Shown here in pieces: positions 39,456-51,900 of a DNA stretch of 64,000 nucleotides. The DNA is from Macrostomum lignano (taxonomy: Eukaryota). The stretch lies in assembly GCA_002269645.1 (NCBI GenBank), contig NIVC01000890.1, positions 62,001-126,000 of the forward strand. Reading direction: 5' to 3'. Each line of letters starts with the position of its first letter. Within the stretch, counting starts at the first letter, position 1. The notes beneath the pieces were generated by a model that worked only from the letters and a program-made list of their open reading frames with translations, searched no databases and was not told the origin of the DNA. A program made the translations under genes and the position numbers.

Positions 39456-41699
39456 AATGGTACAAATGATAACGTTCTCATGCTGTAGATTATTTTAAAA
39501 TTTCAATTAGTTTGCGATTCAGGTCCGTGCAATATTTTTATGTCGGCTAACGACATCGGCGGTATTTTTTTCTATTTGCTCCAACAGATGAAGACTTTAT
39601 GCGTCGGCTGAACATTGTTGCACAGGCCATCTGCCGCGCCAGCCGGCCATCATTACCGTCGGGCCAGATGCCCACGAAGGGGTCGAAAGTCCTGATGTGC
39701 AAAACTTTTGCTGCGTCTTAAATTAGGAATCAATTCTGAAGATTTTCGCGAAGGATATTGATGCAATAATAATATCAATCACCATGTTTTCTTGAAAATG
39801 AAATATTGGCAAAATTTACCTTTGAATATAGTTAAGTGAAGCGTTACAGAGATGATTTATTTTGTCTATTCATTCATTCTTCAGGAGTCTGAAACTACCA
39901 GGACATTAATAGTTTTACGCAAAAAACCAGATAACAAATACAAAAGATTATGTTTTTAATGAGCTACAGTGGACGTAGTGTTAACTTTTTCCCACACTTG
40001 AATATGCAATATTGAAATGATAAGAAATTATATATTTTTAACTCGACGAAGTATATTATTTGCGTAAGTTATAAAAATTATCAGTCAAAGTTTCAGTATG
40101 GACAACAAAGCTTTAGTCGTGTAGCAGTAGACTAAAGAATTACGCATTCTTTTGGAGCTTTCGCTACGGCTGCTGTTGCGGTATTCTCTCGCAGCTTTTT
40201 GATTTGTTCCTCCTGCTCTTTGAGCTGCTTCTTCAGTTCTTCAATCTCCTCAGAGATTGTTTGGGCCTGCTTAGCCTCTAGGCTTTGCAGTTTGTTCTTG
40301 GCCTCTCGCTTACGTGCGACCAGCTCACCGCCTTTGTTCTTTTCGTAGCACAGTTGGGCTGCCTTGAACATTTCGTTTGTGTACTTTGGCTATTATTGAG
40401 TCGTCTCACGCTGTTTATCAGCAGTACAAACTCGGTCAGCTGTTTCGATTCAATATTTTTGCAGTTCACCACCATGTATCTCTCGCCAACGGAATTCATC
40501 AACTTTTTAAAGTTTGGGATCGCTTTGGTCGCTGTTTCTACAGTGTCGAAAAACGCTTTTCTACCGCCTTCTTTCAGAACAGAGTCTCCGTGTGTGAAAA
40601 CGCACACAACGTGCTGCCAGAACTTTTCGCCAAACAGACTCTGCAACTGAGTCACCGCCTTGAATTCGTCCTCAGTGAATTTACTGTCAGCTCGAAGCAC
40701 AATTACAAAGGCGGTCACTCCGTTGGGTGCCAAGCTGATCGCCTTGCAGATGCCTTTCAAGGCCTCGTCGGGTTTGACATTGTCCATGACTCCGGGCGTA
40801 TCAATAACGAACACTTCGTCGGCGCTAGCAATCTTTCCCTGCAATGACAAGCAAAATCACATAAGTAATCTAACCATGGACAACTGACTGTTCAAGGACA
40901 CTAAACTCGAATTTCTTAAAAAGGAGCTGGAAGCGTTCAATTAGCTTAAAATTGCCAAGTGCAAACTAAAAAAGTGCTACTTCAACTGACATGTAACACA
41001 TATCGAGTTCGTTCTCCTTTGTTTTGTTTCAGTAGTAAGTAAGCCTAAAATCATTTTGAGTCATTTTAAGCCATTTTAAGCTACTTGAATGCACTCAGCT
41101 TAGTACGCATTAGAGCGCATGTCTTTCCCGACTGAATTTGTCCATGGCCAAATTGTACACATCAATTGACATAAAACTAAACATGCATAACATTGTAATT
41201 AAGTGAACGTGCACCATGAAAACTGCGCTAGAGGTCAGTTTTCGCTGCAAAATACATGGACAGTAAAAATACCAAGACAGTCGAACTACCAAGGGAGATT
41301 CTCCCTCCTAGCCCCCGGACAAGCGAGATATTCAACGATTCTGCCAAAAAAGTTCGCATTCTTTCAATACACTTCTGTGCGCCAATCAGCACTAGCTGCA
41401 CCTCATTTTGATCTCGCCAAGACACCAAATTTCATCAGCACGTCGACCACATGTGTCTCTGGCACCAGCTCTGGCATCGTTGGTCACTGGCCTTCACCCA
41501 GCTGCTGGAGCTTTTGGACCTTCATCAGGTGGCACCAGGGGACTATGAACATCCTGCTGCGAAATTCTCCAGTTTCGCTGATCAAACCTCGACAGTGGGC
41601 AAATCTAAACTGAGCTCGACCTAAGCTGTGACGTCATCGCACTGCAGGAGGTTTCTGTCAAGGCTTATTCGGAACTTCACTTCAAATGGGCACCGGATG

Positions 41700-42400
41700 A
41701 ACCCTTTACTATTAACTGTAGATGGAGTATTGGCGAGAAGGCACCCAAAGAATGGACTAAGATACACATCGTCGCTATTTCATAAAAGCCAGGCACCGCA
41801 AGGCTAGACGAAGACCGATACATCTACCTGCAGCCCTGCGGATACGCCAGTCGATACTGATTGTTATCTTCATATAGATTTCAAGAAGGCGGTCGACTCG
41901 GTCTTCAGGTTCATGCCCCTAAAGGTAGGTGCTCCGTGCGGACAACCTGGCAGCAGCTTGTCTCATGGCAACATACTTTGTGTTAAAAAAAGCTGCTATT
42001 TCAACACCTAACGGCCAATTGGACTTTTTCGAGACATCCTCTGGGAGCTCTAGGGACCTAGGCACCGTTTCTGTTCTTTCTGGTGCTTGACTGGGTGCAA
42101 CGGATTTGTCTTCCTACACCAACAAACGACGACAGCGTGGGTCAACGACAATCGGCAGGACAGGAGAGGCAGCTCAGCGTGCTTGGCTCCGCCCACGATT
42201 TTGCCCTGCTGTCCTCAACTGTCGAGGGCGCCCAGCGACAACTAGACAAGCTAGTTGCTGTTGCGGCGAGCGTCAGCCTGATGCTCAACACGCAAAAGAC
42301 AGTCGTGTTCTGCGTGCTGGACAGCATAAAAACTGCAATTTTGTGCTGGGAAGCAGATAAACAAGCGATGCGAGCTTCCGCGTTGTCATCTGATTCCCGG
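41700..42400 (+). mobile_element. Degenerate RTE-type LINE reverse transcriptase fragment, antisense in GIMAP2 intron 2
   Basis: FIDFKKAVDSV, STPNGQLDFFETSSG, APFLFFLVLDWV and HDFALLSSTVEGAQRQLDKL..LMLNTQKT are RT motifs; stops and frameshifts present. Confidence 0.8.
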
Positions 42401-42789
42401 CTGTGGGCTTTCCGAGGAGGGTTCTGTGAGGCTAGTCCTGCAGTCCGACCCCACCGACAAAATGTATGAAAATGAAAACGAAAATGCACATGAAAATGCA
42501 CACATTGCATATGAATGCATGCTAAACTCGCCAGCTAGCCAATCAAACATGTGCAAAGTGGAAAATTTATTGCAATATAGTTACCTTCTCTCCGACAGGA
42601 TCATGTTGCTGACAGGCCACTAGGCCATCTGTCTGTTGAAACTTCTTTCTTCCTAGCAAAGCGTTACCCAAGGAACTCTTGCCATTGCCTGTCTTGCCAA
42701 GCAGCATGACGACTAACTGCTCTTTTGGCTGAAATTCGTTCAAATTAAAAGCAGACAGAACATTATACTTATGATGTTATACTGGCGAT

Positions 42790-43835
42790 GAGAGGGACAG
42801 GGGATGAGAGGTGCAGGGGATGAGAGAAACAGGGGATGAGAGGTGCAGGGATGAGAGGTGCAGGGATGAGAGGTGCAGGGATGAGAGGTGCAGGGATGAG
42901 AGGGGCAAGGATGAGAGGTGCAGGGATGAGAGATGCAGGGATGAGAGAGACAGGGGATGAGAGGGGCAGGGATAAGAGGGACAGAGGATGAGAGGGACAG
43001 AGGATGAGAGGTGCAGGGATGAGAGGTGCAGGGATGAGAGGGGCAGGGATGAGAGGGACAGGGATGAGAGGGTTAAGGATGAGAGGTGCAGGGATAAGAG
43101 ATGCAGGGATGAGAGGTGCAGGGATGAGAGGTGCAGGGATGAGAGGTGCAGGGATGAGAGGTGCAGGGATGAGAGGGGCAAGGATGAGATGTGCAGGGAT
43201 GAGAGGGGCAAGGATGAGAGGTGCAGGGATGAGAGATGCAGGGATGAGAGAGACAGGGGATGAGAGGGGCAGGGATAAGAGGGACAGAGGATGAGAGGGA
43301 CAGAGGATGAGAGGGACAGAGGATGAGAGGTGCAGGGATGAGAGGGGCAGGGATGAGAGGGGCAGGGATGAGAGGGTTAAGGATGAGAGGTGCAGGGATG
43401 AGAGGTGCAGGGATGAGAGGGACAGGGGATGAGAGGTGCAGGGGATGAGAGGTGCAGGGGATGAGAGGGACAGAGGATGAGAGGGACAGAGGATGAGAGG
43501 GACAGAGGATGAGAGGTGCAGGGATGAGAGGGACAGGGGATGAGAGGGACAGGGATGAGAGGGACAGGGGATGAGAGGTGCAGGGATGAGAGGGGCAGGG
43601 ATGAGAGGGTTAAGGATGAGAGGTGCAGGGATGAGAGGTGCAGAGATGAGAGGGACAGGGGATGAGAGGTGCAGGGGATGAGAGGTGCAGGGGATGAGAG
43701 GGACAAGGGATGAGGGGGGCAGGGGATGAGAGGTGCAGGGGATGAGAGGTGCAGGGGATGAGAGGGACAGGGGATGAGAGGTGCAGGGATGAGAGGGACA
43801 GGGGATGAGAGGTGCAGGGGATGAGAAGGACAGGG
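42790..43835. repeat. Purine-rich 15-16-bp minisatellite (GGGATGAGAGGTGCA), GIMAP2 intron 1
   Basis: Directly visible. Confidence 0.95.
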
Positions 43836-44409
43836 GTACAGGGGATCAGAAGAACAGAACCCAGTGATGAGAGATGAAAGAGACTATTGAGGAGATTGAC
43901 TGGGGAACAAAGTGATGAATTAGCATTCCACTATTGACTAGTTGAGAGTAGATCTGAGTAGATTTATGAGTAGTTCTGAATGCAAATTATAATCACTTAC
44001 CAGTGGCGGCGCTATTGATGTCATGTATTTCGGCTTTGTTGTCATTTCAAATAAAAAAGTTCTTTTAACCGCAATATTACAGTTTTGAGAGCAATAATTT
44101 GTCAAGCTCATCCGTCTGCTCACAAGTTAAAGCACTCGTCTTTTTAAATAAAAGCAAAATGCCCCCGGCCTCCTCCTCATTTTTTATTGTTCTATTGAAG
44201 CTCTCAGTCATAGAAACTTTTTTTCGAGAATGCGGTGTACAGATACGTGAGGCTGACAACTTTGCCGATGCTCAGATTGTACATTACGTTTCATAGATAG
44301 ATTTCAAACCCTGCGGCTGGGTGCTTCTTACAACTGTACTGCACGTACTTAATTGGTGTTCTGGAAAGGCAATGCGCAAGGAGCACGAAAAAAAGCAGAT
44401 ACAAGGATG

Positions 44410-44803
44410 CAGGGGCGTCGCCACCGGGTGGGGGGGACAGGGGGACATGTCTCCCAGCGAAAGAGATATAGGGGACATGCCAATGCTTTGTCCCCCCCCC
44501 CAATGGACCCGTTATGGAGATCAATAATTTTGCTGCATGGCGACAAAACTTAGCGCCTGCGGCGCTAAAATGAGTGTCTGCGGCGGTAAAATGAGTGCCT
44601 GCGGCGCTAAAATGAGTGCCTGCGGCGCTAAAATGAGTGCCTGCGGCGCTAAAATGAGTGCCTGCGGCGCTAAAATGAGTGCCTGCGGCGCTAAAATAAG
44701 TGCCTGCGGCGCTAAAATGAGTGTCTGCGGCGCCAAAATGAGCGTTGACAACACCGATTCTTGGCTTTGTTCTCCCACCATAAAATCCATGGAGACGCCT
44801 CTG
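44410..44803 (+). mobile_element. hAT-like MITE with internal 21-bp repeat (GCCTGCGGCGCTAAAATGAGT)
   Basis: TIRs CAGGGGCGTCGCCA / TGGAGACGCCTCTG; same family as 55520-56765; no clean TSD. Confidence 0.7.
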
Positions 44804-45947
44804 AGGCTGTTACACTGTACAAGATCTAGGTGCTGCAGCTGCACATTTTTTACATGACATCAATGATGCATTTAATTCTTAAAAATTTCACCTCTTCGAT
44901 CTTCTCTTCTCTTCTCTCCTATCTATTTTTCTCCTCTCCCCCTTTCTCATTTCACTCTCCTCTCTTCTCTTTTATCTTATCCTATATCTCTCGCCTCTCT
45001 CCTCTGATCCCCTCAACTTTCATACATGTATTTTCGATCCCTCGATATCTCGATCCTCTCTCATCATCTACTGGCCCTATATTACCTGTAGGTTCTTTAG
45101 CTCTGACCCTTCAGGCAAAAAAATTTGCCAATCCCTAAACTAGACTACTATCACACCCGGGCAGGTTTTTACAAAGCTCGGATAGACATGTACTGCCTCG
45201 ATCATTGCATTACCGAAGCCTACTACATTTGTACATGCATATCGCGCCAAGTCAATTTTTTTTGCGGTCCTGCCATTACTCCCGTCCTTGCACTTTGGCT
45301 AGTTATTGATTGGAGAATTCTGCTTTGATGTAATTCTCTCCCCCATTGGCCCCGCTTTTTCTACTGTTATTATCAATCAAATACATTCACGCCTCTTCAA
45401 TTTTAGTATAAATTTGAGTTTTGTCAATAGAGAGTATTATTAGGCCTATATAGAATTTTTTGTACACACTACTTTAAGTTATATTTTAGCCGTCCCGTCG
45501 CTTTAAATGTATTAATTATCAAGCATCAGTTGTTTTAAATGGTAGAGATGCAGCTATCATAATTTCAAACAGTTTTTCAACGCTTATTTAATGAGATTCG
45601 CAAAACCTGTACGTACCTGTAACTGTAAGCTGCACTACCGCGTTTATCGTTCTGTACTACAGTTGTGGGCTGTGCGTTCCTCACTTCATTATTCGTTGTT
45701 GGTTGCTTCCAAGCTTGACCTATGCACTGAACTTAATACCCGAACGCCTAAAAATCAATTCTTAATAATAATAACTAGGCCACAGCACTAGTACTTAATT
45801 ATTTAGAGCTGGGAGAGTCGCCAGTACGAAACCTCAGTTGCAAATTTTTAACTTTTGAACTTATCAAATGTAAATATTTTATCATAGTTCACCTTATCTA
45901 ATCCTGTCAATCTCTATTCAACTATAGGCCTATTGCTTACAACACAA

Positions 45948-48900
45948 ATGATGGCAATGGGAAGCTCTAGAATAAGAACTTTGCTTATTTTCTCTTGCTT
46001 GCAATATATTTTTACCATTAAGCCTACTTTGCAAGAAAGCTTATCAATGCAGCAACAAGATACTCAGCCAAAGCTTCTATTTAATATTACAAAATTACAG
46101 TGCAACTTAAATAAAAATCACATAGATCCAAAGTGCCTAATTTTTTCAATGAAACCTACAAATTTTAGGTAAGTTTTTAGTGCCATGTGTCAGTAATATT
46201 ACCATTTTATAATTTATAATCTAACTATTTGAGTATTTATACTTGCCATTTTCAAACAAACAATTTTTAAATTTTAAATAAATATCAAAACATCCATTTT
46301 TACAATTTTAGTTGTCAAGCTTCACAGTTTCAGTGTCTAACGCCTAAAAAAGTTGGATGCACATCTATACCAACTAACTGTTTGCAGCAACATTGTCGAG
46401 ATGGCTCTGATGTAGCATTTTGCTGTATGTGATTTCAGTTATTATAATTGATAATTGAAGTTTATTGTTTCTTTATTTATCTCAAGCTTAATTATAAATG
46501 ATTTTTTTAGACTTACAAGAAAGTTTCTGGCAACTTGGAACAATTCCTACCAATGTGTCCACTAAATCAGAGGCTTATCTACAAATTACATTGAAGCCAA
46601 TGCCAGTTCCAATCCAAAAGTGGCTGACCCAGTTCAATTATACTTTGGTTTATACTGTTATGATCTATTGGACTGTGAGGTAAGTTGTGCCTTATTAAAG
46701 ATTTGTATTTTTAAATTGTTTCTTTTAAATAGTTTGAATGATGTCAATTAATGTGAATGGTATCAATTAGTATGAATGGTGTCAACAATTAGTGTGAATA
46801 GTGTCACAATTAGTGTGAATGGTATCACAATTAGTGTGAATAGTGTCACAATTAGTGTGAATGGTATCACAATTAGTGTGAATGGTGCCACAATTAGTGT
46901 GAATGGTGTCTATTAATGTGAATGGTGTCAATTAGTGTGAATGGTGTCACAATTAGTGTGAATGGTGTCAATTAGTGTGAATAGTGTCAACAATTAGTGT
47001 GAATGGTGTCACAATTAGTGTGAATGGTATCACAATTAGTGTGAATGGTGTCAATTAGTGTGAATGGCATCACAATTAGTGTGAATGGTATCACAATTAG
47101 TGTGAATGGTGTCAATTAGTGTGAATGGCATCACAATTAGTGTGAATGGTATCACAATTAGTGTGAATGGTGTCAATTAGTGTGAATGGCATCACAATTA
47201 GTGTGAATGGTATCAATTAATGTGAATGGTGTCAATTAGTGTGAATAGTGTCAACAATTAGTGTGAATGGTGTCACGATTAGTGTGAATGGTATCACAAT
47301 TAGTGTGAATGGTATCACAATTAGTGTGAATGGTGCCACGATTAGTTTGAATGGTGTCACAATTAGTGTGAATTAAGTGTGAATAGTGAAACTATTAGTG
47401 TGACTGAATTTATATCACTATTAGTATGAATGCCATCACAATTTGCATCATAGATGGTGCTTTGTAACAATTAGGGGGTTGTAGCGTAGTGGTTAGAGCG
47501 TCGGACTCACGACTTGAAGGTCAGGGGTTTGATTCTTGACCCACTCAGAACAATTTTGTCCTTAAGCAAGACACTTAACTCTGCATTGCTTCAGTACTCA
47601 GTTCACCCAGCTGTAAAATGGGTGCCAGCATTAGCTGGGGTAATTGAAGGTGTGTGGCGACCCCCCCCCCCCCCCAGTCCTTGGACTGAACAGCCGTACG
47701 CAGTCTTCAGATGCGCCGCGCAATAGCTGCGGCTGAGCTGTCGGTTGCACATCTGCCCATTAGGTCAGGTGTAATAAATTATTATTATTCGTAACAAACT
47801 GTTTTATAAAAGTATGTAATTTTAAAATGCACTTATTAAACAACACTCTTGACACCCTGCAGCAGTCATCACACTCCAACCGACAGTCTGGCAGCCAAGC
47901 CAACTGATCCAGCCGCGTACCCGCTTCTTGGTGCCACCAATATCAGCGTACCTGTCCAATGGTCTGACACTAGCAGTGCCGCAGCTACTAACTGCATGCT
48001 TGTTGTCAGGCTGAGTGTACAGCCGCCAAATGATGACAAACTTGTGGCTGTAGCTCCGGCTTTGACTGATCGATTTGCCGTAGTGGTGCCATTGCCAGTA
48101 TTAATAGAGCGGATGAGGTCGACAGCTGATAGCGACATTCGAGTGATCAGTCTGGCAGTCTATGGTGATAGCAGTCGAAAGTCGCGAGTTCGAGTTCAAA
48201 TTGAAGCAATCTCTACTAGATTGTCAAATCATCAGAAGGCATCTGTGTTGCTGAATTGGCATTGTTATAACAAAGAAGGAGGGTTAATTGATGACAATTC
48301 TAGAGAGTTGTTGCTTCCAGGAGACGGAAGAAACACAGGTAAAGACTGTTTGCTTTTTTCAGAGTGAAATTTTTGCATATTATGCTCTTATCTTTTTATG
48401 TTGAGCTTGAATAATAATTCAATTTAGGCTTAATTCGATAGTTAGGAAGAGAGGTTAATTTTAATCCAAAATCTGAGCTTTATCTGGGCAGAGTTTTGGC
48501 AGGGACTGCGGCTCCTTAATCCAGGGGATTATTGTAATCCCAAATGGGGAGGAACTGCAGCTCCTTATCCAAGGGATTATTGTAATCCCAAATGGGGAGG
48601 AACTGCAGCTCCTTAATCCAGGGGATTATTGTAATCCCAAATGGGGAGGAACTGCAGCTCCTTAATCCAGGGGATTATTGTAATCCCAAATGGGGAGGAA
48701 CTGCACCTCCTTATCCAGGGGATTATTGTAATCCCAAATGGGGAGGAACTGCAGCTCCTTAATCCAGGGGATTATTGTAATCCCAAATGGGGAGGAACTG
48801 CACCTCCTTATCCAGGGGATTATTGTAATCCCAAATGGGGAGGAACTGCACCTCCTTATCCAGGGGATTATTGTAATCCCAAATGGGGAGGAACTGCAGC

Positions 48901-51900
48901 TCCTTAATCCAGGGGATTATTGTAATCCCAAATGGGGAGGAACTGCACCTCCTTATCCAGGGGATTATTGTAATCCCAAATGGGGAGGAACTGCACCTCC
49001 TTATCCAGGGGATTATTGTAATCCCAAATGGGGAGGAACTGCAGCTCCTTAATCCAGGGGATTATTGTAATCCCAAATGGGGAGGAACTGCAGCTCCTTA
49101 ATCCAGGGGATTATTGTAATCTCAAATGGGGAGGAACTGCACCTCCTTATCCAGGGGATTATTGTAATCCCAAATGGGGAGGAACTGCAGCTCCTTAATC
49201 CAGGGGATTATTGTAATCCCAAATGGGGAGGAACTGCACCTCCTTATCCAGGGGATTATTGTAATCCCAAATGGGGAGGAACTGCAGCTCCTTAATCCAG
49301 GGGATTATTGTAATCCCAAATGGGGAGGAACTGCACCTCCTTATCCAGGGGATTATTGTAATCCCAAATGGGGAGGAACTGCAGCTCCTTAATCCAGGGG
49401 ATTATTGTAATCCCAAAATACAGGGACAGCTAACACTAACCTTTAATGACTTTTAAACACTCAAGATGCAGCTTCACGCTATCTGCTGGATGCCACGGTT
49501 AACCTGACAGCCCAGATTGACAACACGAGCAGTTGTCAATTCTGGGTTGGACAAAATTCTTCCAACTCAGTTGTTGCACCTGTCATGAGCTCTTCATCAG
49601 CTCCGGAGTTCTCTGTGGAGTTGGACATGTTCTCCGGTGTGAATGCCACCGATGATGGAGGCTTGGAGGTGGCCTGGCGCGTGCCGGACTCCTGGCGTCG
49701 CGCCTACCCGCCGGAGGTGTACAATTTCACTGTGGACTACTGGGCCCATCTGTGCGGCAGGGGCGGCTCCAGTCTGACTGGTTTGAGAACTGCCCGGGTT
49801 AAACTGACTGCCGATTTGCTCAACCCGGCTACGAAATACTGGGTAGGTGGCGGTGCTGTCTGGGGCTAAGGACTATTGTTTGGGGATAAAATCTATTAGG
49901 ATTTAAATCCCGAACCACAAGGACCTAAATCACAACTATGGGGGATCCTAATCCAAACTATAGTAGTTAGGATCTAAATCCCAAACTATATATATAGGGA
50001 TCTAAATCCCAAACTATATATATAGGGATCTAAATCCCAAACTATATATATAGGGATCTAAATCCCAAACTATATATATAGGGATCTAAATCCCAAACTA
50101 TATATATAGGGATCTAAATCCCAAACTATATATATAGGGATCTAAATCCCAAACTATATATAGGGAACTAAATCATAAACTACAGGGATCTATATAGCAG
50201 GGATCTAAATCCCAAACTATATCAGGGATCTAATTCCCAAACTATAGTAGGGAATCGGGGATCTAAATCCTAAACTGTAGGGATCTAAATCCTAAACTAT
50301 AGTAGGAACTAAATCCCAAACTACAGTACTAAATCCCAAACTTATTGTACTAAATCCTAAACTATAGGGATCTAAATCCCAATCTGTAGGGATCTAAATC
50401 CCAATCTGTAGGGGATCCAACTCCCAAACTATATAAGAATCTAAATCCCAAGCCAAGCTACAAGGATCTATCACCGGAGAGTCAGATTGTATAATCCCCA
50501 ATTTCAGTTTCATTAGCCTACTGAAAATTTCTATGATTTATTACCTGCACCTGTGCCAACTGCAGGTGTCAGTTCGCGCCTGCGACACCCGCGGCTGCGG
50601 ACCCCGGTCAGGTTATGGCGTCGCGCAGACGGCAGGACCACCAGTTCCGCCAGTGGATTTGGTGGACGCCAATCTGATCAATGGCACTGACCTTGCAGTG
50701 TCCTGGCGAGTTGGTCCAGTAGATTCACGCTGGCCAGCTGGAAAGTCTTGGCTAGTCAGCCTGTACTATGACACTAATCTGTTCAGGGTGATGTGCTCGG
50801 ATAAACTGCCCACCGATGCTTCTGTTGTGCAGTCGCTGTCATCTCGGTGAGTAGTTTTTTTGGCACAATTTATTTTTATTCGGTGCAAAGCACTACTTGA
50901 AGTAGAAATCCGGGTTTTTTCGTGCTTTATTTTTCAAATTTATCCAAACTACTCTACTTTAAAGTAGAAATACGAGGTTTTAACGCGTTTTTTTTCTAAT
51001 TTATTCAAACGACTACTTAAAGTAAAAAAAGGATTTGTTCGTGTTTTTTTTAAATTTATTTAAACTACTCTAATTTAAGTAGAAATAAATTTTTTTGTTC
51101 GTGTTTAATTTTTTTTAAATTTACCCAAGCTACTGTACCCCAAGAAGTTAGAAATGTAACGTTTATTTCTTAATGCTGCAGAATTCGGCTGGATCATCTG
51201 CAAGGCTGTTCTCTGTACTCGATGCGGGTGCAGGTCACGGATCCCGCTGGATTGGGACCAGCGTCGCCTATTTATCTGCAGGCTACGGGGCTAAGTGAGT
51301 ATAAGTTCAATAGGACGAACTGCTTCATGTCTTCAAATCTCAGTAATAAATCGGCCTTCAAATCTCAGTAATAAGCCTTCAAATCTCAGTATACGCCTTA
51401 AAATCTCAGTTATAGGCCTTCAAATTTCATTAAAAAATCGGCCTTCAAATTTCTTTAATAAAGCGGCCTTCAAATCTAAATAATAAATCGTCCTAAAATC
51501 TTTTTAAATAAATCGGCTTTCAAAACAAAACAATTAATCGGCCTTCAAATCTCAGTAACAAATCGACCTTTAAATCTCATTAGTGAATCGGCCTTCAAAA
51601 CAAAGTAATAAATCGGCCTTCAAATCTCTTACTTTAGAATTGCTTTCTACATTTACATCTATAGTCAGTCAGAACATACACTCTTGTTTTCAATTGCTTG
51701 AAAAAAATATTGAAAATATTACGCTCTCATTGCGCACAGGGTCTACATCTCCCCCGCGTAACGTGCGCTACACTTACCCGTACAAGGGCAACAGCTCCCA
51801 GGCACTAATAACATGGAACGCGCCCTGTGTTATCGCGTTGAAACCTGTGGTAAGTTTTATTAGCAAGCTTCTATTTTAAATTATCCGTTATTATTCTTAA

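Larger units (their letters stand above)
40132..44024 (-). pseudogene. GIMAP: AIG1/GIMAP-family GTPase copy 2 with CaaX (CVIL); 1-nt frameshift (pseudogene or assembly error)
   Basis: Exons ~44024-44001 (MTSIAPPL, tentative), 42728-42585 (VMLLGKTGNGKSSLGNALLG) and 40838-40132 (IDTPG, THGD). The frame shifts at ~40385; restoring one base gives YTNEMFKAAQL, matching YTNALFKEAQL of copy 1. Confidence 0.85.

Noticed and set aside
41228-41428. EVQLVLIG as the GIMAP2 P-loop exon
   Set aside because: No GxxxxGKS follows; the real G1 exon is at 42585-42728
46511-46679. Alternative frame with a premature stop (LTRKFLATWNN...*), suggesting a pseudogene
   Set aside because: Including exon 46312-46424 sets phase 1 and gives an uninterrupted frame
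47474-47550. tRNA gene
   Set aside because: A and B boxes are present but there is no complete cloverleaf; it continues into a SINE core and tail
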